From: Convolutriloba macropyga
Taxonomy: Eukaryota
Direction: 5' to 3'
DNA: 64,000 nucleotides
Assembly (NCBI RefSeq): GCF_964194025.1
Contig: NC_134480.1
Location: 13,144,001 to 13,208,000, forward strand
Positions 41,501-53,900 of this stretch are shown here, in pieces. The notes under the pieces are model-generated. The model had not been told where the DNA came from and ran no database searches. It saw only the letters and a program-made list of their open reading frames with translations. The translations under genes were made by a program, and so were the position numbers. How positions within the stretch are numbered: position 1 is the stretch's first letter; each line of letters starts with the position of its first letter.

Positions 41501-43405
41501 TCTGCTAGAACCACTAAACCAATTCCTTGTCTTGAATATATTAACAACCCCGCAGCAATTAATGAAGATTTTCTAATTCAAAATTTCTGGCAGTTTCTCC
41601 GCATCTAATTGTGTCAAGAAGCACGTTAAGGAACATCAAAAACTATCCCTCTACTCTCATTGAAAACCGCGGAGAAATATTATTTATCAGTAAAATTTAT
41701 GTTTTGTCCTCTTCGCAATTTTAAGTAAGAGTAGTGTTTAAGAAACAAAAATTTTAATAAATTTTTTGCGAATTAAGGAAAAGAAACGAAAAACGTTGGC
41801 TCTTCATATGAGGATTTAAAAACAACAATTGTTTGCTTTTTTAATCTACAGAACCACTCAAATAATGGAAAAGATTAGTTCAAAGAGCATTTCAAAATAA
41901 AAAGAAAAAATTAAAATTTTCGAAAAAAATTATGTATAACATTTAAATTCAATTTTTCAATTTGGCGACACAAAAACCTCTCTAACTCTCAAATTCTTCT
42001 TTATTCCAGAATAGGTTAGTTCGAACGATTGGCTCTGACAATAGAAAGAAAAAGGAACAGAAGAAAAAAAAGGTAAGAGAAGATTTCCATTTAAAATTCA
42101 CTAAGGTTTTTGTTTGATTTGATTTTCTTTTCATGACGGGATTTTTTTAGGTCTTAAAAATTTTGAAAATACTAAATTTGCTAGTTCTGTTGATATATGA
42201 GGCGTTATTTGCAAACACAGCATTAGAATTTAAAAAATACACTTTTCCGCTTTAAGATTCACATTTTCTCAGTTGATTTTTGCTAGTTTGAGAGATCTAA
42301 ATTGCCCTTTTTGTTTTGGGTGACTTTGAAGCTCTGGTGAACTTTGCACGCAAGGCAAAAAGTTTCACGAGATTTGGGCACATTCACCATGATGTGGTCA
42401 TAGAAGACGTTGCACAAAAGTTTGACTTATGACCAAATATATATATTCCTCAATTTTTGAATGACCAAGAAGATGTTCTGACGAATGAATAAAAAGTGTT
42501 CCAATGAGGGCAAAAATTATAGACCACCAAGTGTCAACACAAATGTGAGTGTCATGAATGACCAATAATTTTCAATCTTTGAATTTTTGAACAAGAGTTG
42601 GAAGTGGTGAGAAAATGTTGAAAATGAGCACAAAATACAAAACCGAAATTTTCCAATAACGTACCATTCTAGCTAAAAAAATTACCTAGAGAAATCAACC
42701 GAATCCAAAAGATCACACAACTGTTTGAGATCAAGCTTAGCAAAAAATCTAATGAAAGTGATGGAACAACACTTACGCCAGTCTTCTGACGAGAGAATTG
42801 AAATGAATCATGTTTTCATCTGAGACTGAACTCTTTATAATAGATCCAAGTTTGTCTGCTGATAACCAGTTTTGCGATTTGGGATCATAAGGGAGCAACC
42901 TCTCTGACCTCTTACCATCCCTAAGATCATTATCGCATTTCTCAATTGCGTCAGAAATAACGAAGCACAGATTGCTGAACTGAGCATTTGGTGTGTAAAA
43001 GAATGGGTTCCTCGGACGTTTAGTTTCGTCAACATCTAGTTGAGCTGAAACGGTAAACATCTCGCGAGGATCTTTCATTACTGGTCGAGAAAGTTTGGAA
43101 AATATCCCTGTTGGAAATAAATACCGAATAGCATGATTTATATCTTTTTGTGTCATTAACTCGGAGTCAACACCCATCATATTTCCCAAATGTCGTTTCC
43201 CAAGTTCAAACTGTTTAATTTGATACTGCATGAATTCTTTATCAGCTCCTGTTTTGTTCGCAGGAGGACGCGGCGATACCCTGTGAGGAGGTTGTGGGTC
43301 CTGGCGATAGGGGTCTGTAGGCCTGCTAAAACGGGGAGATTCTCTCATAATTTTATCCCCTGGTCCGCCTTTGAACCGGCAGAGCACAAGTGTGACTCGT
43401 CTCAT
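38577..43405 (-). CDS. MRPS9: Mitochondrial ribosomal protein uS9m; exons 42777-43405, 39647-39848, 38577-38930
   Basis: [65 protein letters not shown]; GT-AG junction phases are compatible. Confidence 0.92.
42303..42436 (-). pseudogene. RPL36A 5' fragment in MRPS9 intron 1 (shorter copy at ~44613-44718)
   Basis: Matches RPL36A codons 1-~29 plus upstream sequence but lacks ~25 bp containing the splice acceptor. Confidence 0.85.
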
Positions 43406-43679
43406 GTTTACATATCAAAAACCTGAAAAACAACAAATGTTGCAACAGGAAAAGGTATGACAATCCATAGAACAAAGTTCAGCCAATTCATTATGATCTC
43501 AACATGCTGCTTCACTATCTTTAAATTTATGAAATTAGCTGCTATTTGACTTCTTGTACCCATTTCTCAAAAAAAAGTGAGGCGTAAATTCAATTTAAGT
43601 GAACTGAAAAATACTGATGCAGAATATATCCCACGTAACATTCAGTTCGGCAGAAATCAAACATCCGGCTGAAAATAAA

Positions 43680-43994
43680 TCAGTACATGATCATCTGTCC
43701 CTTCTTCTTCTTGTCTCCACCCAGCTCGAAGTGCATGCAACGCTTCAGTGGTTTCTGCATGTACTTCTTACACTTCATGCACTGAAGCTTGAGCACAATC
43801 TTTTTGGTTGTTTTAGCCTTTTTTCGGAACACAGGCTTCGTTTGTCCACCAAATCCTCTCTGCTTCCTGTCATATCTCCTCTTTCCCTGCGCCAGCAAAG
43901 AATCCTTGCCCTTTTTGTATTGGGTGACTTTGAAGCTCTGGTGAACTTTGCACGCCGGGCAAAAAGTTTTACGAGATTTGGGCACATTTACCAT
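43680..43994 (-). CDS. RPL36A: 60S ribosomal protein eL42 (L36a/L44), copy A, KRCMH variant
   Basis: [12 protein letters not shown]...[37 protein letters not shown]; true start is the MVNV ATG at 43994. Confidence 0.96.
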   Translation of the reverse strand: MVNVPKSRKTFCPACKVHQSFKVTQYKKGKDSLLAQGKRRYDRKQRGFGGQTKPVFRKKAKTTKKIVLKLQCMKCKKYMQKPLKRCMHFELGGDKKKKGQMIMY

Positions 43995-45057
43995 GATGGA
44001 AACCTCAATCTGAAAAGAAAATGTGGTCATAGAAGACGTTGCACAAAAGTTTGACTTATGACCAAAGATATCGTTCTAATAAAAGGATGTCATATGAATG
44101 TGCGTTTTACTTTGGTGATGGTTTCCTAAATATAATGTAAACTTGCATTCAAAGAAAAACCAATAGCTGTGCCTATCAAGTTACCATGTTATATGGTTCG
44201 GGTACACACCAATTGAGAATTCAAAAACTAATAAATCAGAATTGCAATAGTAGAGTTCATTACACCATGAGCTGCCAGATTAGCGCAAGCGTTGGATTGA
44301 CCCATAAAAAGAAGTTACCAACCGTGGGCGAATATCTCAAAAATCCTCCTCCATAACATAAGCAAGACACACTTCCAGGACCACTTCAACTGATTTTATT
44401 TAAAAATGGGATCTTTTCTGGTTGCATATTAATTGCGCCCCGAGACGCCCGTGCCATATTTCAATAATGATTTACTGCGTAATGGCACGTGCTCTGCAAC
44501 TGGGGGAGCATAAAATAATGGGGGGGGGCGCACCAACGAAAAGATCCAAAAAATAATTAACCTACAAGTTTTCTAGAGGTAACCTAGAGGCTATGTTTAA
44601 TTACCTGGAATCTTCTGGTGAACTTTGAACGCAAGGCAAAAAGTTTCACGAGATTTGGGCACATTCACCATGATGTGGTCATAGAAGACGTTGTACAAAA
44701 GTTTGACTTATGACCAAATATATATATTCCTCAATTTTTGAATGACCAAGAAGATGTTCTGACGAATGAATAAAAAGTGTTCCAATGAGGGCAAAAATTA
44801 TAGACCACCAAGTGTCAACACAAATGTGAGTGTCATGAATGACCAATAATTTTCAATCTTTGAATTTTTGAACAAGAGTTGGAAGTGGTGAGAAAATGTT
44901 GAAAATGAGCACAAAATACAAAACCGAAATTTTCCAATAACGTACCATTCTAGCTAAAAAGATTACCTAGAGAAATCAACCGGATCCAAAAGATCACACA
45001 ACTGTTTGAGATCAAGCTTAGCAAAAAATCTAATGAAAGTGATGGAACAACACTTAC

Positions 45058-45686
45058 GCCAGTCTTCTGACGAGAGAATTGAAATGACTCATGTTTTCAT
45101 CTGAGACTGAACTCTTTATAATAGATCCAAGTTTGTCTGCTGATAACCACTTTTGCGATTTGGGATCATAAGGGAGCAACCTCTCTGACCTCTTACCATC
45201 CCTAAGATCATTATCGCATTTCTCAATTGCGTCAGAAATAACGAAGCACAGATTGCTGAACTGAGCATTTGGTGTGTAAAAGAATGGGTTCCTCGGACGT
45301 TTAGTTTCGTCAACATCTAGTTGAGCTGAAACGGTAAACATCTCGCGAGGATCTTTCATTACTGGTCGAGAAAGTTTGGAAAATATCCCTGTTGGAAATA
45401 AATACCGAATAGCATGATTTATATCTTTTTGTGTCATTAACTCGGAGTCAACACCCATCATATTTCCCAAATGTCGTTTCCCAAGTTCAAACTGTTTAAT
45501 TTGATACTGCATGAATTCTTTATCAGCTCCTGTTTTGTTAGCAGGAGGACGCGGCGATACCCTGTGAGGAGGTTGTGGGTCCTGGCGATAGGGGTCTGTA
45601 GGCCTGCTAAAACGGGGAGGTTCTCTCATAATTTTATCCCCTGGTCCGCCTTTGAACCGGCAGAGCACAAGTGTGACGCGTCTCAT
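45058..45686 (-). CDS. MRPS9: Duplicate MRPS9 exon 1 (open frame, intact GTAAGT donor)
   Basis: Differs from the 42777-43405 copy by three amino acids (S/P, N/K, I/S). Confidence 0.8.
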
Positions 45687-45960
45687 GTTTACATATCAAA
45701 AACCTGAAAAACAACAAATGTTGCAACAGGAAAAGGTATGATAATCCATAGAACAAAGTTCAGCCAATTCATTATGATCTCAACATGCTGCTTCACTATC
45801 TTTAAATTTATGAAATTAGCTGCTATTTGACTTCTTGTACCCATTTCTCAAAAATAAGTGAGGCATAAATTCAATTTAAGTGAACTGAAAAATACTGATG
45901 CAGAATATATCCCACGTAACATTCAGTTCGGCAGAAATCAAACATCCGGCTGAAAATAAA

Positions 45961-46275
45961 TCAGTACATGATCATCTGTCCCTTCTTCTTCTTGTCTCCA
46001 CCCAGCTCGAAGTGCTTGCAACGCTTCAGTGGTTTCTGCATGTACTTCTTACACTTCATGCACTGAAGCTTGAGCACAATCTTTTTGGTTGTTTTAGCCT
46101 TTTTTCGGAACACAGGCTTCGTTTGTCCACCAAATCCTCTCTGCTTCCTGTCATATCTCCTCTTTCCCTGCGCCAGCAAAGAATCCTTGCCCTTTTTGTA
46201 TTGGGTGACTTTGAAGCTCTGGTGAACTTTGCACGCCGGGCAAAAGGTTTTACGAGATTTGGGCACATTTACCAT
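45961..46275 (-). CDS. RPL36A: 60S ribosomal protein eL42 (L36a/L44), copy B, canonical KRCKH
   Basis: As copy A but with [10 protein letters not shown]. Confidence 0.96.
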   Translation of the reverse strand: MVNVPKSRKTFCPACKVHQSFKVTQYKKGKDSLLAQGKRRYDRKQRGFGGQTKPVFRKKAKTTKKIVLKLQCMKCKKYMQKPLKRCKHFELGGDKKKKGQMIMY

Positions 46276-47044
46276 GATGGAAACCTCAATCTGAAAAGAA
46301 AATGTGGTCATAGAAGACGTTGCACAAAAGTTTGACTTATGACCAAAGATATCGTTCTAATAAAAGGATGTCATATGAATGTGCGGTTTACTTTGGTGAT
46401 GGTTTCCTAAATATATTGTAAACTTGCATTCAAAGAAAAACCAATAGCTGTGCCTATCAAGTTACCATGTTATATGGTTCGGGTACATACCAATTGAGAA
46501 TTCAAAAACTAATAAATCAGATTTGCAATAGTAGAGTTCATTACACCATGAGCTGCCAGATTAGTGCAAGGGTTGGATTAACCCATAAAGAGAAGTTACC
46601 AACCGTGGGCGAATATCTCAAAAATCCTCCTCCATAACATAACCAAGACACACTTCCAGGACCACTTCAACTGATTTTATTTAAAAATGGGATCTTTTCT
46701 GGTTGCATATTAATTGCGCCCCGAGACGCCCGTGCCAAATTTCAATAATGATTTACTGCGTAATGGCACGTGCTCTGCAACTGGGGGAGCATAAAATATT
46801 GGGGGGGGGGGCGCACCAACGAAAAGATCAAAAATAATTAACCTACAAGTTTTCTAGAGGTAACCTAGAGGCGATGTTTAATTACCTGGAATCTTCATTG
46901 TGTTAACCACAATCAAGAAGTAACGTACGAATTTCAGCACGGTAAAAGCGTCATCGATTTATATTTCGTAAGCAAGGAACTCCTATAACACTTTAGTAGT
47001 AGTAAAAGTGAGCTTCAAAAGGGTGATCTTTAATGAGATAAAGA

Positions 47045-47797
47045 TCACCAATTCTTTCTTAACACCGACATGCTGTTACCGCCATATTCACTGGAATCAC
47101 CATCAGCTTTTCCCGGTAATTTCAGAACCAAACAATTAACCACCTCGACTAGGGATTTGTCTGAGTCATCTTGTCTAATGGCAGCAATTTGAGGCACTTG
47201 TTCCTCTTCTATTCTTGTCACGACTTCCAGATGTAACGCTCTTTCTAGCGCTTTGTGCACAGTCATATCTTCATCTTCTAATGTTTTTCTTAGGTCTAAC
47301 CTAACCTCACTGTGATGTATTACCTCCAGAAAACCCCGGAGCACTAAGTGGTCATGGATATCCTGTCACTCCTCTGGGTATGCTCTATGAGCTAAGTGAC
47401 TCCTCTGGGTATGCTCTGTGAGCTAAGTGCTTTAAATCCCCCCGAAAATCCGTTAATTTTTCACCTGGGTGCTGAACACGACTCGCTAGCTCTCTGCGGA
47501 AAACAACAGGTTTATCGCTGTAGTGATTTCGATAGCCTTAACAGTTTCATCGTAGCTATCTCTCACGTTCTACGGTAAGGTTCGACAGAACTCAATTGCA
47601 GACTTCCGTAAGCGGAGGGCAAAATAGTGCGGCCGCTCATCTATTTCGCGAGCTGCTCCACAAGAGGTTGCAGGTCCCGTACATTTTCATTTTTGCAGCT
47701 CCGCCAATAGCTCAAAATGTGTAAAAAAGCTCTCAAAATCATTTGAACCGGTAAGAGCCTCAGGCAATAACATTTTTGATACGGAACCCTCTGCCAT
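47045..47797 (-). mobile_element. Decayed Ty3/Gypsy-like gag fragment (second small piece at ~49075-49180)
   Basis: Multi-frame translation LPEALTGSNDFESFFTHFELLA, FALRLRKSAIEF, RVQHPGEKLTDF..DLKHLAHRAYP, LRGFLE...ALERALHLE; no LTRs seen. Confidence 0.7.
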
Positions 47798-50700
47798 TTT
47801 GACTTAAATTACTGGGATACTTCCTTTATTTTACAGTTATGTTGCAGTACTGTTATATATTGTTATATACATATACAATTTTTTTTAGTTTGGAGCAATT
47901 TTAGATTCTAAAGTATATATCCGTTTTTCTGGGTAATAGTTTCGTTTTAATGTTTGAGGTAGCCAAATAAGACAATCTAATGCTTACTAAACTGAAAATT
48001 CCAAAACCTAATGATTTGCTAAATCATTTGAAACGGAAACTGCAATTAGTTTCGATACTTACCTTTTTCTGTTCAGAAAAGCAAATCTTTGCCCCAGTTT
48101 CCGGTTGTTACATTAAATTATTTGCTAAATTGAAAAGTGCAAAACTGAGTGGAATCTTAACTCATTTGAAAAGGAAACTGTAATAGATTTTGATAATCAC
48201 CTTATTTCGCTCAGGAATGCAAATCTCTGCCTCAATTTTCGGTTGTTACGTTAAATTTTTTATTAATGACACAAATCGCACCTTTAATGTGAATTAACCT
48301 GTTATTTGTGGTAATTCAATGCAGCTCTCCGCACTTGAAAAACTGTGGGTTCCCTTCTTCTAGGAAGATCTTTCACTCCAAAGAAACAGCCCATTATCAC
48401 TGACCACTGAAACCGAGCTCCGCAAAGAACGTCCGCTGACTGCTCAGACACTCCCAGTTGATTGCTCTGATACCCTTCTCTGAATAATTGTTCACTCCCA
48501 GCAACCCGCTGTATTTCTGCTCAATGTTGATTAATTTGTCACACCGCAGGAACTGACTCTTCTTCTTTTTCTACAGTGTTTTGCCTGCCGTTTTTCTCTC
48601 AACTTGCTGCCCAATGTTTTCTCTGCAATGCCGTATTGTGTCGCTGCCGCTATCCTTGCTTGTTTTATTCAAACTCTTTCCGAGCCGAGAAAGTGTGTTT
48701 CAATTCTCGCAGCAACAATTGCCGTGTTGACAAAACTTGCTTTCCCTCTTCCGCACAATCACTGGCCATGCCGATAGTTGAAACACTGGGTTTTGTTCCG
48801 GGTTCGGTGTTTTTTGCTTAACAAAAAAACAATTATCTGTCGCAAATATCCCTTGTAATTAACTTAGATTCTAAAGTACCTCTAAATTCTTGTGAAATAT
48901 TTGAAATGGAGGAAGTCGTTGAATTCAGAAATTATAGACAAAGTTCAGCTCAAAAAAAATTAAAACAATTTAACTTCAGCAATTGCGTTAAAAGTTATTA
49001 TGAACCGTGATACTCGAATTTACCCGGTTTAGCCTACGGTTTTATATTTATTTGCGTTTGGCCAAATAACTCGGTCCCTTCTTCTATTCTTGTCACGACT
49101 TCCAGATGTAACGCTCTTTCTGGCGCTTTGCTCACAGTCACATTTTATCTTCTAAAAATTTTCTTAGGTCAATACTAACCACAGTGTTTGGTCCCAGCGA
49201 TAGCATTGAACATCGTATTTATTCTCTAACATGATCTCGTTTGTAATGTTTGGACCATAAATTCTTCTGACAATTGGTTAAAGATACTGTCTCATAAATA
49301 ATAAGCCATAAATCTGCTATTTAGCTGTCATTTTCAAGTGGTTTTTTATTGAAGCCATTTAAAAAGTAATTTGCTTCTGCATTATTAAATTTGTGAGCAT
49401 ATTTGTAGGGTCTATACAAAATGTTTGTTTTTGACAACTGTAAAAAATTCCAAACAGTTTTTAGTGTGATCTGATGGCTAGGTCAGTTATATTGTGCTGT
49501 TTTTAGAGGTTTTCATCACATATAAATTTTACTGAATTTTAAGTTGAGGCTGCAGAGAAGAAAGAATTGTCAATTAAAATATATATTGATTTTGAAAAAG
49601 GAGCGTTCGTGGACATTGCGTTCAACGTCAGGTTGATAGTTGAACCAAATTATTCGCAAAGTATTTAAACTTTTCTTTGAATCTATCTATTGAATAACAA
49701 AAATGAGTTAAAATAGCAAACAATATTCGAAATGATTCACAGTTAAGATCATATTTGCAACAGTTTTTTACCTAAATTTTTTATATCTCTATTTTCAAAA
49801 AATTCGCGGGTATTTTGTTTTCTATTCCTGAAAAATAATTTTTACTTTCATTCCTATATGTTGTTATCTTTTTCTTGTTGGGGTTGACAAAATTTTGAAT
49901 TAACATGTACCCGAATAATTTTGGATATTCAGAATTCATTTTTTTTTCATTAGAACAAATACTTCAAGGTAAATTCTATCCGCGGTACTCATCGAGCGTG
50001 TTTAGTTACTGTTTCAGCCTTCTGATGTATATTGCTTCTATTGTCATCAGTTTTTCAACAACGCGACATGCAACCAAAAACTCCCATTCATAATTACCAC
50101 ATTCATTGTACCACAACACTTAGCAAAGTGTTGTGCCACAAAGAAATTTTTTCATTATTTTGAGATGTTGTTCATGTTTGGGGGTTTTGGCGTAACCGTT
50201 TCCCTATTTTATCCATCGTCTCATTACTACGCATACAGCCCATTGTGGACGTACAAGAGTTTGTTTTGAGTAGTAATTTCGAAGAAGTTCCATTAAATCA
50301 TCGTTAACAGAGGTCTTGGTGAGTCAGCAATTTCAAGTTTCGTTTTAGTATTAGTGATGAAATTTTATGGCTTGTACGCTTCCAGTAATTCTTATCGTAT
50401 TGGCTCGTGCGTTTTTTGGAATGTTGAAGTTTAAGTTTTCTAATCTTTAGCCATCTCTCCTGTCAGTTTTTTCATCGGGGGGTCATTTCTCCATCAAAGT
50501 GATGTTTTAAATTTTTCCGCCATCCAATGTTGGATTGTTCTATTCTTGAAAATGTCCACACTATTGCTTCCGGTAACTTCTTCCGATACATCAACGCATT
50601 CTTGCTCGGCTTTTGCATAAGCAGCTGACGTTCCTTCTCTAGTATTTCTTTCTAAGTACTTCGCAACTTTCGGTATCTATCCTCCTCAATAGGATCTTGA

Positions 50701-50949
50701 ATATCTAAACCATTTAACTTCCCTTTCATCTCTATTCCATAGTAGGAAGATTCAGGTGCTTCAGTCTTCCACAATTGTTCGAGAACCTATCCATTGCACA
50801 GATCTTGCTACCCTCTATTGCACCTCTGAGCTATTAAGCTTTTCCACCCATGCAAGTTTCTGCTGCAATTTCGAGATGAAGTCGTACAGGAGCATTATGG
50901 AGCTAAACAAGCATTTTCGATGTCAAATTCTTTTTACAATCTCTAACAA

Positions 50950-53900
50950 GTGGGATCTACGCTAAAAATTAATGCTAAATATGTAAGATCTACGCCAAAA
51001 TTCAACGGAAATTTATGTACGATTAGCGTTGAATGCGTTGAATTTATGTAAGATCAACGCTAAAATTCAACGCTAAATATGTAAGATCTACGCCAAGGTT
51101 CAACGCAAAATTAAGCAAGATTAGAGTTGAATGCGGTAAATTTATGTAAGATCAACGCTAAACTCAACGCTAAATATATACGATCTACGCTAAAATTCAA
51201 CTCTTAATATGTGAGATCTACGCCCAAATTCAACCCATTCAACGCCAATCTTACATAATTTTGCGTTTTTTAGCGTTGACACCTCGGCCCGGGAAGTTCA
51301 AGTATTGTTTTAGTATTAGTGATGAAAATTTATGGCTTGTACGCTTCCAGTAATTCTCAACGCATTTGCTCGTGCGTTTTTTGGAATAATGAAGTTTACC
51401 CAAGTTGAGATGTCGAATTATGAAAAGACCGTGGTCGACCAATGTTGGGTATGAAATGGTTTTAGGTCAACCCTAATTGTCTTGGTCGGCTTTGGGTCGA
51501 CCCTAAAAGGTCATGCTCCACTTTAGGTCGACTGATATGGTCATGGTCGACTTTAGGTCGACCGATATGGTCATGAACTACTTTAAGTCGACAGATATGG
51601 CACTGGTCGACCTTGGGTTTTAATTGATGCGTTTTTGCATATAATGTAGTTGCGAGTGTTAATGGTTTTGTTTCAGTTGGCAAAAACTTTTGGCCATGGA
51701 CAAAATTTGTTTTTTAAAAAATCTTTGTTCCAGCCAATATATTGTCCGATGTTTCTAGTGCATTTGATTTTATCTTTGTACATACAAATTGTTCAACACT
51801 GGGAATCAAAGAACTCATGAAACCCTACAAATGTACCTAATATTTGGTAAAAAAGACCTATGAAGTCTTTTAAGACCTATGAAGACTTTAGGTCTACGGT
51901 ACTGGATATGAAAAGACCATTGGTCGACTTATGAGAAGACTTTAGGTCGACAGTATCATCTATGAACAGACTATGGGTTGAACGTTATCCGGGTATGAAA
52001 AGAACCTAGCGTCAACCACTATTGGATATGAAAATACCGTTGGCGGACTTATGAAAAGACTTTAAGTCGACGTTACTAAGGGATTCGACCTTGTATTTCA
52101 GGTAAGGAGACTACCCCCCATGTCGACATTATAAGTCTTTTCATAAGTTCGACCACTCAACTGGGGTAAGGTTGCTAATCTTTAGGCATCTCTCCTATCA
52201 GTTCTTTTGTAGGGGGGGTCACTTCTCCATCAAAGTGATGTTTTAAATTTTTCCGCAGTCCAATGTTGGATTGATCTATTCTTGAAAATGTCCACACTAT
52301 TGCTTCGAGTAACTTCTTCCGATACATCAACGCATTCTTTCTGGGTTTTTGCATTAGTACCTGACGTTTACTTCTCTAGTTTTTCTTTCTAAGTACTTCG
52401 CATTTTTTGGTATCTATCCTCCTCAATAAAATCTTGAATATCTAAACCATTTGACTTCCTTTTCATCTCTATTCCATAGTAGGAAGATTCAGGTGCTTCA
52501 GTCTTCCACAATTTTTCGAGAACCTACCCATCGCACAGGTCTTGCTACCCTCTCTTGCACATCTGAGCTATCAAGTTTTTCCGCCCATGCAAGTTTCTGC
52601 TGCATATTCTAGATGAAGTCGTACAAGAGCATTATGGAGCTAAACGAACATTTTCGGAGTCAAACTCTTAAAACATTCTGTAACAAGTGGGATGAGCGTA
52701 TTAGCTCCCCCATTTTAGTTAGGATACTCTCAAATTTCAAACAGCTGTCTGGTATTCTTCCAAGATATTTGGGATCAATTGTAAATCCCAGGTTTTTTTG
52801 TTTTGACAAAAATTCCAATGAAAGTTTTTGCGCTAAAGCTTTTTTTTCTGACCAGTCTTAAAGCTCATCTAAACCATTTGGCAGTATTTGGGCGTCTTAT
52901 GTCCAATAATCCTATCATAGACGACTAGGTATTGTTCTGAGGAGGTTGTTTGTGGCAATGATTTCATTTAGAAGACAAACAAAACAAGGCCTAGTACCAC
53001 ACCTGGTGGACTTCAGCTTCACTAAATCCTCCAGTTTGAGAAGATTTTGATGATGCTAGATAGTGGTTGTATAGCCAGTAGGAAATTGTTAATCAAATTA
53101 ACTGTCAAGCAATTACATCCGTTTCGATAGGACATTGTCTTGGTGGTTCCTTCTTGAACACAAAAGCAAAGAGGGAAGCTAACACCTCTGCGTTCTCTTT
53201 GTTCGTCTCTGTTAAGCTACCCTTATCTTTCTCCAGGCAATGGTCGCCTTCAATTTTTTTTCCATTTTTTTGACATAATTTAAAATAAATTTGGGTTCCT
53301 TTCACTTCCAGGCAATTTTTTCTTCAACTTCTAAAAACCAAATTCTACATTTTCTGGCACTGTATTTTTTTGCGTAATCTTTGTAACTGTCTACATTTTT
53401 ATCGTTACACTATAACTTCCAGGCAATCTTGTTTTCCAGCAATCAATTTCGCAGAGCAATTCTGTTTATTCTGTAACTAATTATTTTGACCAAAATTACG
53501 CAAGGTTTTCATAACTAGTGATTTGTACGTTTGCTATTTTTTTAGTCATTTTTTGACCTTTGTCATAAAAAACTCTTGTTCAGACGCTTGCGGAATTTTC
53601 CAAATTTTCATATTTTTGAAATGTTGACTGTATTTGGTTCAGATTCAGTTTTGATGGCGATTTCTGCATTTGAAAGCCAATGGTACGCTTTGGCCAAGAT
53701 GCTCTGCTATTTCAAGTTTCGTTTGTTCAATTGAACCATTAGTGAAAATAAAAGCTATCATGAAATTTTACTGGTTTTTATTTGTTCCAGTTAAACATTA
53801 CACATTTTGCTCTAGAACAATGTCATTTGTTTGCCTCTTTTCAATTCTCTTTGACCAAGGTTGCTTGACTGTTACCTACAATTAATTGTTAAGTAAATTT

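Larger units (their letters stand above)
42335..46896. repeat. 2281-bp tandem duplication (MRPS9 exon 1 + RPL36A + upstream region)
   Basis: ORF offsets 45054-42773 = 45961-43680 = 2281; junction near 44615. Confidence 0.95.

Noticed and set aside
44018-44130. H/ACA snoRNA upstream of RPL36A (hairpin followed by ACA-TTT)
   Set aside because: No ANANNA H box or convincing 5' hairpin, and the ACA overlaps the polypyrimidine tract.
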